Shown here one piece after another: positions 6,484 to 15,007 of a stretch of 64,000 nucleotides of DNA. Numbering within the stretch: position 1 is the stretch's first letter; each line of letters opens with the position of its first letter. The stretch is taken from positions 1-64,000 of IMG/VR virus record IMGVR_UViG_3300045970_000591. One strand, given 5' to 3'. Made by a program: the position numbers and the translations under genes. Under the pieces are notes generated by a model, which saw only the letters and a program-made list of their open reading frames with translations, was not told where the DNA came from and searched no databases. Source of the DNA: a virus.

Positions 6484-6650
6484 TACAAGTAAATCTAGGT
6501 CATGGTGTGTCGAGATATTTTGAAATACTCGACTGGTTGAATAGTGAAGATATAGAGTACACGATTACAGGAAGTGATATTGATTGGCCATGTATTTTGG
6601 AAATGGAAGAGGTAGACGCTGTGGCATTAAAGATAAAGTTTGGATTATAG
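6480..6650 (+). CDS. FKLKFG-family paralogue 7 (56 aa, not in the track)
   Basis: Translated by hand: MIQVNLGHG...DAVALKIKFGL. Confidence 0.8.
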   Translation: MIQVNLGHGVSRYFEILDWLNSEDIEYTITGSDIDWPCILEMEEVDAVALKIKFGL

Positions 6651-6651
6651 T

Positions 6652-6885
6652 ATGGTTATTGTTAATGTCCCACTAACGGAAAATATACAGTATGATGATA
6701 TGTGTGAATGGATAGAAAATAATATGGATTTAGTTTCTGTCTTGGCTGGGCCTTCTATAGTCACATATTACATTAATGGTAAGCCAGTGCCAGGGCGTGG
6801 CTGTAGTGGGAAGTCTATCTTTAATGGATTATTATTTGGTGATGAACAAGATGCAGTGTACTTTAAACTGAAGTTTGGAATATGA
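6652..6885 (+). CDS. FKLKFG-family paralogue 8
   Basis: ATG 6652; ends DAVYFKLKFGI. Confidence 0.8.
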   Translation: MVIVNVPLTENIQYDDMCEWIENNMDLVSVLAGPSIVTYYINGKPVPGRGCSGKSIFNGLLFGDEQDAVYFKLKFGI

Positions 6886-7079
6886 CATACTTACATTTTA
6901 TGACAGGATGGGATGCTTATGTGGAAGCTGCGACGATAGATCGGAATATTATGTATAGCGTGTGGGTTGAACAGTTTGGAGCAAAAGTTGTTGATGTAGG
7001 GCTATTAAGACCTGTCGCAATGTTAGAGTTTCTAAACAAAGGCGATGCAGTGTATTTTAAACTAAAGTGTAGAACATGA
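6882..7079 (+). CDS. FKLKFG-family paralogue 9
   Basis: Ends DAVYFKLKCRT. Confidence 0.8.
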   Translation: MTYLHFMTGWDAYVEAATIDRNIMYSVWVEQFGAKVVDVGLLRPVAMLEFLNKGDAVYFKLKCRT

Positions 7080-7270
7080 CATACTTACCTTATATGACTG
7101 GATTTAATGATTACCACGGTGAAATGGAAAGAACAAGTGGTAAGTTCCTTGCATATAGAGACTGGGTTAAACAGTACGGTGGAGAAGTTGTTACGACGCA
7201 AACACTTGCTAGACTAGAGTTTGAAGATGAAGGAGACGCAGTGTATTTTAAACTAAAGTGTAGAACATGA
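7076..7270 (+). CDS. FKLKFG-family paralogue 10
   Basis: Ends DAVYFKLKCRT. Confidence 0.8.
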   Translation: MTYLPYMTGFNDYHGEMERTSGKFLAYRDWVKQYGGEVVTTQTLARLEFEDEGDAVYFKLKCRT

Positions 7271-7488
7271 CATACTTACCTTATATGACTGGCCATAATG
7301 CTTATGCATCTATAAACGGAGGCCCGCTGACCGTCGCAGGCAGAGGATGGTTCCACCGAGATTGTTGGGTATGGTTAGATCTACGTGGAGGCAAAGTTAT
7401 TAATACAGATCTACCTATATCAGAATGGAAGATAGAGTTTAAAGATGATGCCGATGCAGTGTATTTTAAACTAAAGTATAGAACATGA
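7267..7488 (+). CDS. FKLKFG-family paralogue 11
   Basis: Ends DAVYFKLKYRT. Confidence 0.8.
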   Translation: MTYLPYMTGHNAYASINGGPLTVAGRGWFHRDCWVWLDLRGGKVINTDLPISEWKIEFKDDADAVYFKLKYRT

Positions 7489-7697
7489 CATACTTACCGT
7501 ATCCATATGGTTGGAGTGATTATAGTAAGGAGTATCCTATGGCTGTGGTATCGGGAGGCGGCAAGCTATGTTACTGGCAATGGGTTGAACAATATGGAGG
7601 AAAGGTTGTTGACCAGGAATTACATGTTGTTAAATGGAGATTAGAGTTTAAGAACGATGAAGATGCGGTAGTGTTTAAACTAAAGTTTGGAAAATGA
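7485..7697 (+). CDS. FKLKFG-family paralogue 12
   Basis: Ends DAVVFKLKFGK. Confidence 0.8.
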   Translation: MTYLPYPYGWSDYSKEYPMAVVSGGGKLCYWQWVEQYGGKVVDQELHVVKWRLEFKNDEDAVVFKLKFGK

Positions 7698-7906
7698 AAC
7701 ACATTTCTTTTAAACAGTCTGCCCTATATGGTAGAGTTTCTGAGTTTATAAGATGGAAAGAAGAATGTGGTGGTACAGTGGCTTATGCTTATGCATATAC
7801 TGAATATACCGGATATGTTTTTGATCCACCCGCCGGTACATTTGATGGGTTAGTATTTTCTAATGACGAAGACGCAGTAGCATTTAGATTAAAGTTTGGA
7901 ATATGA
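7694..7906 (+). CDS. FKLKFG-family paralogue 13
   Basis: Ends DAVAFRLKFGI. Confidence 0.8.
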   Translation: MKHISFKQSALYGRVSEFIRWKEECGGTVAYAYAYTEYTGYVFDPPAGTFDGLVFSNDEDAVAFRLKFGI

Positions 7907-8091
7907 CAGATATTATTTTTACACATGATAGGCTTTATGGTAAAGTTTCTGCCGTAGCAAACTGGATAGCAACCATTGAAAATAAGGTATATGCTGTCTA
8001 TGAGACACGAGGTAACAAGAGTATATTTAATGGATTACGATTTGTGGATGAAGCTGATGCAGTAGCATTTAGATTAAAGTTCGGAATATGA
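7903..8091 (+). CDS. FKLKFG-family paralogue 14
   Basis: Ends DAVAFRLKFGI. Confidence 0.8.
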   Translation: MTDIIFTHDRLYGKVSAVANWIATIENKVYAVYETRGNKSIFNGLRFVDEADAVAFRLKFGI

Positions 8092-8270
8092 CAAAAGTAA
8101 AATGGCCGATGAATGATAAGGTACCCGATTCTGTAGTATGCGATTGGTTGGAAGATCTAGTAGAACAATCTCCCGGCGAGTTGGTGTTTACATATGCTAC
8201 TGCCGAAACAACCTTATGCTTTGTAAGAGAAGTAGACGCAGTAGCATTTAGATTAAAGTTCGGAATATGA
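8088..8270 (+). CDS. FKLKFG-family paralogue 15
   Basis: Ends DAVAFRLKFGI. Confidence 0.8.
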   Translation: MTKVKWPMNDKVPDSVVCDWLEDLVEQSPGELVFTYATAETTLCFVREVDAVAFRLKFGI

Positions 8271-8482
8271 GTACCATAGTAGAGATAGATTTACGAATCG
8301 ATAAATCTAAAGAATTAAATGGATTCGGCGTGTTAGATGTAGACCTCTACCTTAACATATTGGATTGGCTAATAAGGTATAAAATAGAATATACCCGAGT
8401 ACAAAATCGTGTTGCATGGGCGCCTGCATTTGAATTGGAAGATATTGACGCAGTAGCATTTAGATTAAAGTTTGGATTATGA
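8267..8482 (+). CDS. FKLKFG-family paralogue 16
   Basis: Ends DAVAFRLKFGL. Confidence 0.8.
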   Translation: MSTIVEIDLRIDKSKELNGFGVLDVDLYLNILDWLIRYKIEYTRVQNRVAWAPAFELEDIDAVAFRLKFGL

Positions 8483-8661
8483 CATACTTATTATATATGA
8501 CCGGAATGAAGGGCTATCTTAGAGATCCTAAACACTACGTAGAGTGGCTTGAGGAATATGGGGCAAGAATTATTGATACACATTTATCTATAATACAATG
8601 GCGGATACAGTTTAAGGATGCGGCAGATGCAGTAGCATTTAGATTAAAGTTTGGAATATGA
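8479..8661 (+). CDS. FKLKFG-family paralogue 17
   Basis: Ends DAVAFRLKFGI; N-terminus MTYL.YMTG as in members 9-12. Confidence 0.8.
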   Translation: MTYLLYMTGMKGYLRDPKHYVEWLEEYGARIIDTHLSIIQWRIQFKDAADAVAFRLKFGI

Positions 8662-8828
8662 CAATAATAAACTTAGGTCCGGGGTATGTGGACAGCATGA
8701 CCTTTACTGATATATTGGTATGGTTAACAATGAACGATTTATATTATGAATTTAAAAATACGTCGGATTGCATTATATCGGTAGACGACGAAGATGCAGT
8801 TGCACTAAAAATAAAGTTTGGATTATGA
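8658..8828 (+). CDS. FKLKFG-family paralogue 18 (56 aa, not in the track)
   Basis: Translated by hand: MTIINLGPG...DAVALKIKFGL. Confidence 0.8.
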   Translation: MTIINLGPGYVDSMTFTDILVWLTMNDLYYEFKNTSDCIISVDDEDAVALKIKFGL

Positions 8829-9025
8829 TACCTATTATAGTTAATGTTAGAACAAACATTGTCTGGTACGTCTTAGCCGATATAGCCGAGTGGGTGGTTA
8901 ATAATCCGGATATTGTATCTGTGTGCCCTAATGATGGATCCCTGCCCGTAACATCTATCTTTAACGGATTATTATTTGCTGATGAACAAGATGCAGTGTA
9001 CTTTAAACTAAAGTTCGGATTATAG
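8825..9025 (+). CDS. FKLKFG-family paralogue 19
   Basis: ATGA-coupled start at 8825; ends SIFNGLLFADEQDAVYFKLKFGL (close to member 8). Confidence 0.8.
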   Translation: MIPIIVNVRTNIVWYVLADIAEWVVNNPDIVSVCPNDGSLPVTSIFNGLLFADEQDAVYFKLKFGL

Positions 9026-9116
9026 TTTACGCGGTAAGTAAGATAGGTTATATGTGTATATAATAGGTGTGGAAAAATTTGGCTTACCGCGCTCTGCGCA
9101 CTGAAACCAAACCTGC

Positions 9117-10607
9117 CTAACCTACCTTAGGCTCGGTAATATTAGTGTATTCTAACCATACTATTTGATTCTGCTGTAGTTTATCAAGTATTTCTTCTGG
9201 TTTGGTTTTATCTTTTCTATATATCATTACTGCATATCTAAGCAGGTATTCCATTTCCGCATAAGCATTGTCGGCATCTGTTACATATTGTACCATTGCT
9301 GCTTCGCCTTGTTTAAATCGTGTCTTGAATAGATCTACATAATATAATGCTGCTTCACCGTCTTTGGCAATTTCAGATAATGCAAAAGATGGAATTTGTA
9401 GTTTGCATTTTCTAAATGCATTTATTAGGTTGCACATTTCATCTGTTTCCCAATCTTCTTCTGCATAAAAGGATTCAATAAGGGAGTTTTTGCAGACTTC
9501 AATCATTTCTTCTGTCAATGTATAACTATGCCCCCGCAATGTATATACTGATTTATAGTCGTGCCGTAATGCTGTAAGAATAGCCTTTTCACTAATACCT
9601 TCTGTAGAATAGCTAATATATTCAAACAATAATGAAAGCACGTCACCGGCATTATCGTCGGATCTATTACACCATGCTATTTGCACTGCTTCAGTAAGTG
9701 CTAATGGGTCCGTAGAAGAGGCTCCCGCTTGCAAAATTCCTTGTATTGTGTATATATTAAAGTTTGCGCAGGCCAATAGTACACCTTCGTTTATATAGCC
9801 ATTGTCTAAAAGATATAATGTGCGGCCGGGACTTTTTTCTATTTCATCTGCAACATCTTGCGGAGATATTTCTGTTCCTACAGCTAAAAACGGTTCATCA
9901 TCGTCATTATACATATCGGGGTGCAAAGAAAATATACCTTTTAGTTTTCTTGATTTATTTATGTTATTGGCCCATTCGACTACAGTGTTCGCAAACCACG
10001 GTGGTGCATTGCCGTATACTATACCATTTACTCCTAACGCAACATCTTTTCTACTATTAATAAATGGTTTTATTAATACTCGGGCAACAGGGCGCTCTAT
10101 ATTATTATCGTCTCTTTTTACAAGATAGGCAATGATCGTTCCTTCTCTCACATCAACTGCTACATATTTTTTATTTGAGCCTATGTTTATATTCATACAA
10201 GAGGACCAACCGCGGTTGGTACTCATTCCTGCTATATCATATGGGTGTCTACTTATGATAATTCTGTACTCTTTATTTTGCGTATTTGAGCCCGAGCGTG
10301 CCGGATCATTTGCGAACCGTTTTATTAAATCAGGATCGGTAATCAACTTTCCTATTCGTATTATTCTGCCTGTCTTTAGTGATTTTGCCAACCCCGCTGT
10401 GTAGTCGTGAATTTCATATCCCATTAACATAAGCTCTCGGTCTAAATATGGATCTGGTTTAATCTGTTTACGATCTTTATCAGGTGTAGGTAGCTCTATG
10501 CGATATTTCCCACCAAATATATCTTCATACTTAGTCTTATCCCAACCTTTCACATACTTTCTGTACTCGCTGGGTTTAAGTGCTTCTAATAGTTCATATA
10601 TTTTCAT
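9117..10607 (-). CDS. Hypothetical late protein (496 aa), possible head-internal protein
   Basis: Long ORF; GATAAATA late-type motif at 10612-10619; MKIYELLE N-terminus; RHPYDIAGMSTNRGWSSCM motif of unknown function. Confidence 0.75.
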   Translation of the reverse strand: MKIYELLEALKPSEYRKYVKGWDKTKYEDIFGGKYRIELPTPDKDRKQIKPDPYLDRELMLMGYEIHDYTAGLAKSLKTGRIIRIGKLITDPDLIKRFANDPARSGSNTQNKEYRIIISRHPYDIAGMSTNRGWSSCMNINIGSNKKYVAVDVREGTIIAYLVKRDDNNIERPVARVLIKPFINSRKDVALGVNGIVYGNAPPWFANTVVEWANNINKSRKLKGIFSLHPDMYNDDDEPFLAVGTEISPQDVADEIEKSPGRTLYLLDNGYINEGVLLACANFNIYTIQGILQAGASSTDPLALTEAVQIAWCNRSDDNAGDVLSLLFEYISYSTEGISEKAILTALRHDYKSVYTLRGHSYTLTEEMIEVCKNSLIESFYAEEDWETDEMCNLINAFRKCKLQIPSFALSEIAKDGEAALYYVDLFKTRFKQGEAAMVQYVTDADNAYAEMEYLLRYAVMIYRKDKTKPEEILDKLQQNQIVWLEYTNITEPKVG

Positions 10608-10611
10608 CTAC

Positions 10612-10650
10612 TATTTATCGACTTATTATATTTTAAATGAGTGATAAATA
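10612..10650. promoter_or_regulatory. Divergent pair of T4-late-type promoters (GATAAATA)
   Basis: The same motif lies upstream of many structural genes (20045, 34127, 41159, 48460, 56193, 62196); analogous to the gp55-dependent TATAAATA. Confidence 0.7.
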
Positions 10651-10656
10651 TGTGTT

Positions 10657-11616
10657 ATGAACTTAAAAGAAATACTTACCGAACTTAGAAGTAACCCTAA
10701 GCAAAATCTTCAGAAGATCGCCGGTCACCAAGAAGCGATACAATTTTTAAAGAGTAAAGGATGCACAAGGTATCACGACAATGGATATGCTGTTAGCATG
10801 ACTTCATTGCCAAAGTTAGGTGTTAATCCTAAAAGTCCGTATAATACACCAATCGGTATATACTTTTATGATGCAGCTCATTATATTGAAAGAAAGGAAG
10901 ATGATCACTATTTAAACTTTCAAGATGGTGCAGCATACATACAAATATTTAAGTATAGGGATGATGCTGAAATTATAAACATAGACGAGGTAGATGTAGA
11001 CGAATACAACCGTTACATACAAATGCTCTTTAGTAGTACAGAAATACCTACGATACTTGGTATAAGCCAAAAACAGGTAACAGATGTATTGGTCAAAGCA
11101 ATGGCAGAGTCACATGCGGAGGCTCGTATTAAATCCTATGGTGGATATTTATGGTATGTATTAATGTCACTTAGTCAATCGAGGGAAATAGGATCACGCA
11201 AGAACGCCGGTGTTGCATCGCGTTCAGCGGTAATATGGAACAGATTGATCAGAATACTGAAAATAGATGTTATAATAGATTATGGATCGAGCATAATACA
11301 TGAGAACGAGCCTGACCAAGGTGTGGTGCTCAATCCACGGGCTATAGTGCTGGTCAATACTATAGCAAATACCACACCTAGAAAGAGGCCTCCTGTTATA
11401 CCGGCAAAGAAAGGTTCCGTGCCGGCGAATAAAAAGAGTGAAGGAACTATTCATTATGCGGCCAAGTTTGCGTTTTATGATCAACTCCAAGGGAAATACC
11501 AAACAGAAACTATTAAGGTTTATGCACTTAATAACAAAGACGCAAAGGATATAGCATTCAACTTACTCGGCATAGATGTCAAAGATCTTGTGTCGACTAA
11601 GGTTACCCCGATATAA
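10657..11616 (+). CDS. Hypothetical late protein (319 aa), possibly ADP-ribosyltransferase-like fold
   Basis: Long ORF; GATAAATA at 10643-10650; TPIGIYFY and HENEPDQGVVLNP loosely recall ART-fold motifs (inference). Confidence 0.55.
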   Translation: MNLKEILTELRSNPKQNLQKIAGHQEAIQFLKSKGCTRYHDNGYAVSMTSLPKLGVNPKSPYNTPIGIYFYDAAHYIERKEDDHYLNFQDGAAYIQIFKYRDDAEIINIDEVDVDEYNRYIQMLFSSTEIPTILGISQKQVTDVLVKAMAESHAEARIKSYGGYLWYVLMSLSQSREIGSRKNAGVASRSAVIWNRLIRILKIDVIIDYGSSIIHENEPDQGVVLNPRAIVLVNTIANTTPRKRPPVIPAKKGSVPANKKSEGTIHYAAKFAFYDQLQGKYQTETIKVYALNNKDAKDIAFNLLGIDVKDLVSTKVTPI

Positions 11617-11627
11617 CTCTAACCTTA

Positions 11628-11656
11628 TTGACTTGTATCGTCATACAGTGTATAAT
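11628..11656 (+). promoter_or_regulatory. Sigma70-like promoter TTGACT-17-TATAAT driving array block 2
   Basis: Consensus match; ATG 8 nt after the -10. Confidence 0.8.
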
Positions 11657-11664
11657 GTCTAAAT

Positions 11665-11910
11665 ATGATACATTCAACCTTAAACTTATCGCAAGACGTT
11701 AAAACATATCCTCTTAGGATGTTGGTATGGGAGTACCCGGAAGTATATAAGGCGGCAGAAGAATGGCTAACCAAGTATTGTACGATTGGGTATTTTAACT
11801 ATATACACGGTTTGTCACACATCAACGGTACCCCGTATGCAAGAGCAGTTAGTTTCGTTAATGAAACTGACTACTTGGTATTCAAACTTAAATTCCCGGA
11901 ACTATGTTGA
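11665..11910 (+). CDS. FKLKFG-family paralogue 20
   Basis: Ends DYLVFKLKFPELC. Confidence 0.8.
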   Translation: MIHSTLNLSQDVKTYPLRMLVWEYPEVYKAAEEWLTKYCTIGYFNYIHGLSHINGTPYARAVSFVNETDYLVFKLKFPELC

Positions 11911-12110
11911 ATATACGAGCTACCATAGATGATTATAAAATATCACTATGCTATAAACACCAGCTTGGCCCCGATAGGTGTGCTATCGTCGAAGAGTGGT
12001 TGGCAGAAAATGTAGGCGTTGAGAATGTGGATTGGCATTGGGAAAGATTCACTATTGCATTAGATAGTAAAGAAGATATGGTTGCTCTTAAACTAAAGTT
12101 TGGATTATGA
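11904..12110 (+). CDS. FKLKFG-family paralogue 21
   Basis: Ends DMVALKLKFGL. Confidence 0.8.
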   Translation: MLNIRATIDDYKISLCYKHQLGPDRCAIVEEWLAENVGVENVDWHWERFTIALDSKEDMVALKLKFGL

Positions 12111-12277
12111 TTTTAAATATTGGAACACTTAAGGTCTCTGAGTGGGCGGCAGCTCAAAAATGGATGACAGATAATAATATTATGTCGTGGGAAGAATTCG
12201 ATAAATGGGATTGGCGATTTAATATTGAGATGAGTGAAGAAGATGCAATAGTATTTAAACTAAAGGTTGAACTATGA
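12107..12277 (+). CDS. FKLKFG-family paralogue 22 (56 aa, not in the track)
   Basis: Translated by hand: MILNIGTLK...DAIVFKLKVEL. Confidence 0.8.
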   Translation: MILNIGTLKVSEWAAAQKWMTDNNIMSWEEFDKWDWRFNIEMSEEDAIVFKLKVEL

Positions 12278-12504
12278 TTTTTCCTATCGCGCCGTATTGG
12301 CTATCTATCGTAGATCATTATTATAAGCAGGGCGGCCGCGAGGATAAGACTATCTGGAAAATGTTGGAAGAAGATTATTATGCTAAACGGTCACATCGAT
12401 ATAAAGGCGACACACATCGTAACTATTTAACAATCGACGAGCCTGAAGATTTGGTTGCATTCAAACTAAAATTCGCAGAACAACGATGTGACTTAAATAT
12501 ATGA
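12274..12504 (+). CDS. FKLKFG-family paralogue 23
   Basis: DLVAFKLKFAEQ near the C-terminus. Confidence 0.8.
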   Translation: MIFPIAPYWLSIVDHYYKQGGREDKTIWKMLEEDYYAKRSHRYKGDTHRNYLTIDEPEDLVAFKLKFAEQRCDLNI

Positions 12505-12704
12505 TTATAGCAGTAGAGCCATATTGGTTGTCTATCTTAGCATATTATTATGATGTTAGTCTTATTAGCCGCGGTATATCTATTTGGGATATGTTAGAGA
12601 AAGAATACTATGCTAAAAAAGTTCTTAGAAAAGATGCGATTCATTTAGAGTTTAAAGAGAAAGAGGATTTAGTTGCATTTATTTTAAAGTTTGCTAAAGA
12701 ATAA
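12501..12704 (+). CDS. FKLKFG-family paralogue 24
   Basis: Ends DLVAFILKFAKE; N-terminal PYWLSI shared with member 23. Confidence 0.8.
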   Translation: MIIAVEPYWLSILAYYYDVSLISRGISIWDMLEKEYYAKKVLRKDAIHLEFKEKEDLVAFILKFAKE

Positions 12705-12712
12705 ACAGATAT

Positions 12713-12919
12713 ATGATTTATGTTCCTATACTTCAGCCTACTGATAACAACATAGTAGGGGCCATCTCTCGATTTTCTGAATATGCTAAGTGGTGTGATG
12801 AGGTGGCTGGTGTGGAAGATACAGATTGGCGGTGGATGCGTGGAGATCTGTATGGCAAGGGTATATACTTTAAAGACGAGCAGGTAGCCGTAATGTTTAA
12901 ACTAAAGTTTCCTGTATGA
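12713..12919 (+). CDS. FKLKFG-family paralogue 25
   Basis: Ends VAVMFKLKFPV. Confidence 0.8.
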   Translation: MIYVPILQPTDNNIVGAISRFSEYAKWCDEVAGVEDTDWRWMRGDLYGKGIYFKDEQVAVMFKLKFPV

Positions 12920-13161
12920 TAACTATTCCGTATTTAGATAGGGCCGGTGTCTACGCCGGTGGTGAATACTATAGAAAGCACATACGAGGCTATTCCTGCC
13001 GTGAGTCAATACCGTCTTATCAGGAATGGATTAAAGAACAAGGCGGCAAGTTTGTGTCGGGATATAATAAAGAAACAAGGATAGGACACGAAAGCTGGTC
13101 GGCGTATATCGAGTTCGAGAGTGAAGAAGACGCGGTCGTGTTTAAGCTAAAATATGTATAG
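12916..13161 (+). CDS. FKLKFG-family paralogue 26
   Basis: Ends DAVVFKLKYV. Confidence 0.8.
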   Translation: MITIPYLDRAGVYAGGEYYRKHIRGYSCRESIPSYQEWIKEQGGKFVSGYNKETRIGHESWSAYIEFESEEDAVVFKLKYV

Positions 13162-13321
13162 TATATCTGTTCCTTTTAGCAGCAATGCGGGATTCTACGT
13201 AGAGCTTGCTACTTGGCTGATTGAGCGAGAGGTAGCATGTAGGTGGAACGATAACCAGTATAAGATTATATTTGCTAATGAGGAAGACGCAGTAGCATTT
13301 AGATTGAAGTTTGGATTATGA
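13154..13321 (+). CDS. FKLKFG-family paralogue 27 (55 aa, not in the track)
   Basis: Translated by hand: MYSISVPF...DAVAFRLKFGL. Confidence 0.8.
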   Translation: MYSISVPFSSNAGFYVELATWLIEREVACRWNDNQYKIIFANEEDAVAFRLKFGL

Positions 13322-13560
13322 CATTAGTTGAATATGACCATAAAAAGATAAGGCAATATTTTATAAAGAATATTATGCCTAACTATCCTGCATGGGATCC
13401 GGACAAAGACGGAGAAGAACTACCTATGGTAAAATGGTTGAGAGATATAGGTGCTAAGTTTGTTGTTAAAGAAGTAAATGAGATGGGTGAAGCAACAAGC
13501 CATCAACTACAGTTCGAAGATGAGGCAGATGCAGTAGTATTTAAGTTAATGATTGGATGA
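13318..13560 (+). CDS. FKLKFG-family paralogue 28
   Basis: Ends DAVVFKLMIG. Confidence 0.8.
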   Translation: MTLVEYDHKKIRQYFIKNIMPNYPAWDPDKDGEELPMVKWLRDIGAKFVVKEVNEMGEATSHQLQFEDEADAVVFKLMIG

Positions 13561-13847
13561 ATATGAGTTTAACACCAACGACAGAGGAGCTCGACTCTTT
13601 TATTAAACAGTTTAATATACAGAACTTTTCTGTCGATATACCACACGAAGATTTTAGTTCTCACGGGTATTCCTATGCTGTTAATACTGGTAATGCAAGA
13701 GTCAAGATGGCAGCAACTATGCCAGATTTCTATCACCTCGTTAATATAGTAAGTCAAAGAAACGAAGAACAGATGATAAGAGATAGATCAGAAACAGTTC
13801 GTAAGGCGTACGAAGAATATGTGATTTTACTGAAACTATCGAGATGA
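13557..13847 (+). CDS. Hypothetical protein inside the array lacking the full motif (96 aa)
   Basis: ATGA-coupled on both sides; ends YEEYVILLKLSR. Confidence 0.7.
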   Translation: MNMSLTPTTEELDSFIKQFNIQNFSVDIPHEDFSSHGYSYAVNTGNARVKMAATMPDFYHLVNIVSQRNEEQMIRDRSETVRKAYEEYVILLKLSR

Positions 13848-14290
13848 TTTCAAAATATTATCTTCAGTTTTACAACGATGATAGAACCTACTATGCACTG
13901 ACGCAGGTAGGCAAATGGCCGTTCAGCATTATACAAGAGGCACACAAGGCTTGGGTGGAAGACCATACAGGGAATATTAGAGAGATTAAGAACAGAGACG
14001 GGCCACACAACGGAAATATAACTCAGGAAGAGTATAAGACGCTTAAAGAAATAAGTCAGAGGATAGATATGATTTCAATAATACAGCGAACAAACGGAAC
14101 AGTTCAGTTGAACTTTCCATACAGTAAATATGAGAATAATATACCCGATGGTATGGTAGAATGGTTGATTGAAAATACAGAACAGAAATGGACATACGGT
14201 AAATGGCAAATGGGTGATGAGGCTAAACGGATTGGAATAGAAATAACACAAGAAGATTTGGTAGCACTTAAACTAAAGTTTTCATTATGA
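13844..14290 (+). CDS. FKLKFG-family paralogue 29 (148 aa, with extra N-terminal region)
   Basis: Ends DLVALKLKFSL. Confidence 0.8.
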   Translation: MISKYYLQFYNDDRTYYALTQVGKWPFSIIQEAHKAWVEDHTGNIREIKNRDGPHNGNITQEEYKTLKEISQRIDMISIIQRTNGTVQLNFPYSKYENNIPDGMVEWLIENTEQKWTYGKWQMGDEAKRIGIEITQEDLVALKLKFSL

Positions 14291-14535
14291 AATATTATCT
14301 GAAGTTGGCTGAACACCTATTTATGTGTCCTCAGTGCTGGCAAGGGTTTGTTAAATCACTCGATCACGTAGAGTCGCCCGAGTTGGACTTCGACGGTGGT
14401 TATTCAACAGCCTTTATTAATAAACACCTTACTCCGCACCACGCAGAATTTACTGACCTGGTTGAAGATATAAGTGCTTATGTGACATTCGAAACAGAAG
14501 CAGATGCTATAGTATTTAAGTTAAAGTATGGTTGA
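14287..14535 (+). CDS. FKLKFG-family paralogue 30
   Basis: Ends DAIVFKLKYG. Confidence 0.8.
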   Translation: MKYYLKLAEHLFMCPQCWQGFVKSLDHVESPELDFDGGYSTAFINKHLTPHHAEFTDLVEDISAYVTFETEADAIVFKLKYG

Positions 14536-14743
14536 TATTCCTATCTCTCGACATAACATTCACACTGTGCATCAGTGGTGTGAAAAGCATATATCGCCGA
14601 GGTCGTATTGGATGCATAACAAGATTGGTGGGCCGGGGTGGATATTACATTCTATGCCCCGTAATGAACAGGACTGGCGTGTTGCGTTTAATGATGACCA
14701 TGATGCTATTGTTTTTAAGCTATCAGTCCTGTTAGATGATTAG
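14528..14743 (+). CDS. FKLKFG-family paralogue 31
   Basis: DAIVFKLSV near the C-terminus. Confidence 0.75.
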   Translation: MVDIPISRHNIHTVHQWCEKHISPRSYWMHNKIGGPGWILHSMPRNEQDWRVAFNDDHDAIVFKLSVLLDD

Positions 14744-14824
14744 GTTGCTATACATCAAAATATAAGTTACAATAGCTTAACTTAGATTAATAGTTGACGG
14801 TCGGAAATACAGGTAAATAATAGT

Positions 14825-15007
14825 ATGACAACTATTACTATTATATCTACCATATGTATGGTTTTTATATTAGTATCAGAAAGAGTGGAAAAGAAGAAAG
14901 TAGAGCGGCTTAAAATAAATGCAGCAAGAAAACGAGCTCACGAAAAATATATGCTTAAGAAAGCAGCCAAGTTAGATAACACACAGAAAGACACAAATGT
15001 TAAATAG
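14825..15007 (+). CDS. Small membrane protein with basic tail (60 aa)
   Basis: N-terminal hydrophobic segment followed by a K/R-rich tail. Confidence 0.55.
   Translation: MTTITIISTICMVFILVSERVEKKKVERLKINAARKRAHEKYMLKKAAKLDNTQKDTNVK

Noticed and set aside
5465-9025. Regularly spaced 33-55 bp repeats as a CRISPR array
   Set aside because: Intervals are 130-200 nt and in-frame coding, the repeats drift along the array and encode a peptide motif, and no cas genes are visible.
5249-14743. Diversity-generating retroelement behind the paralogue variability
   Set aside because: No reverse transcriptase in the window and no template/variable pair differing only at adenines; the gene bodies differ throughout.
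5249-14743. C-terminal ...KF motif as a BamA outer-membrane insertion signal
   Set aside because: The proteins are tiny, lack signal peptides and have no beta-barrel pattern.
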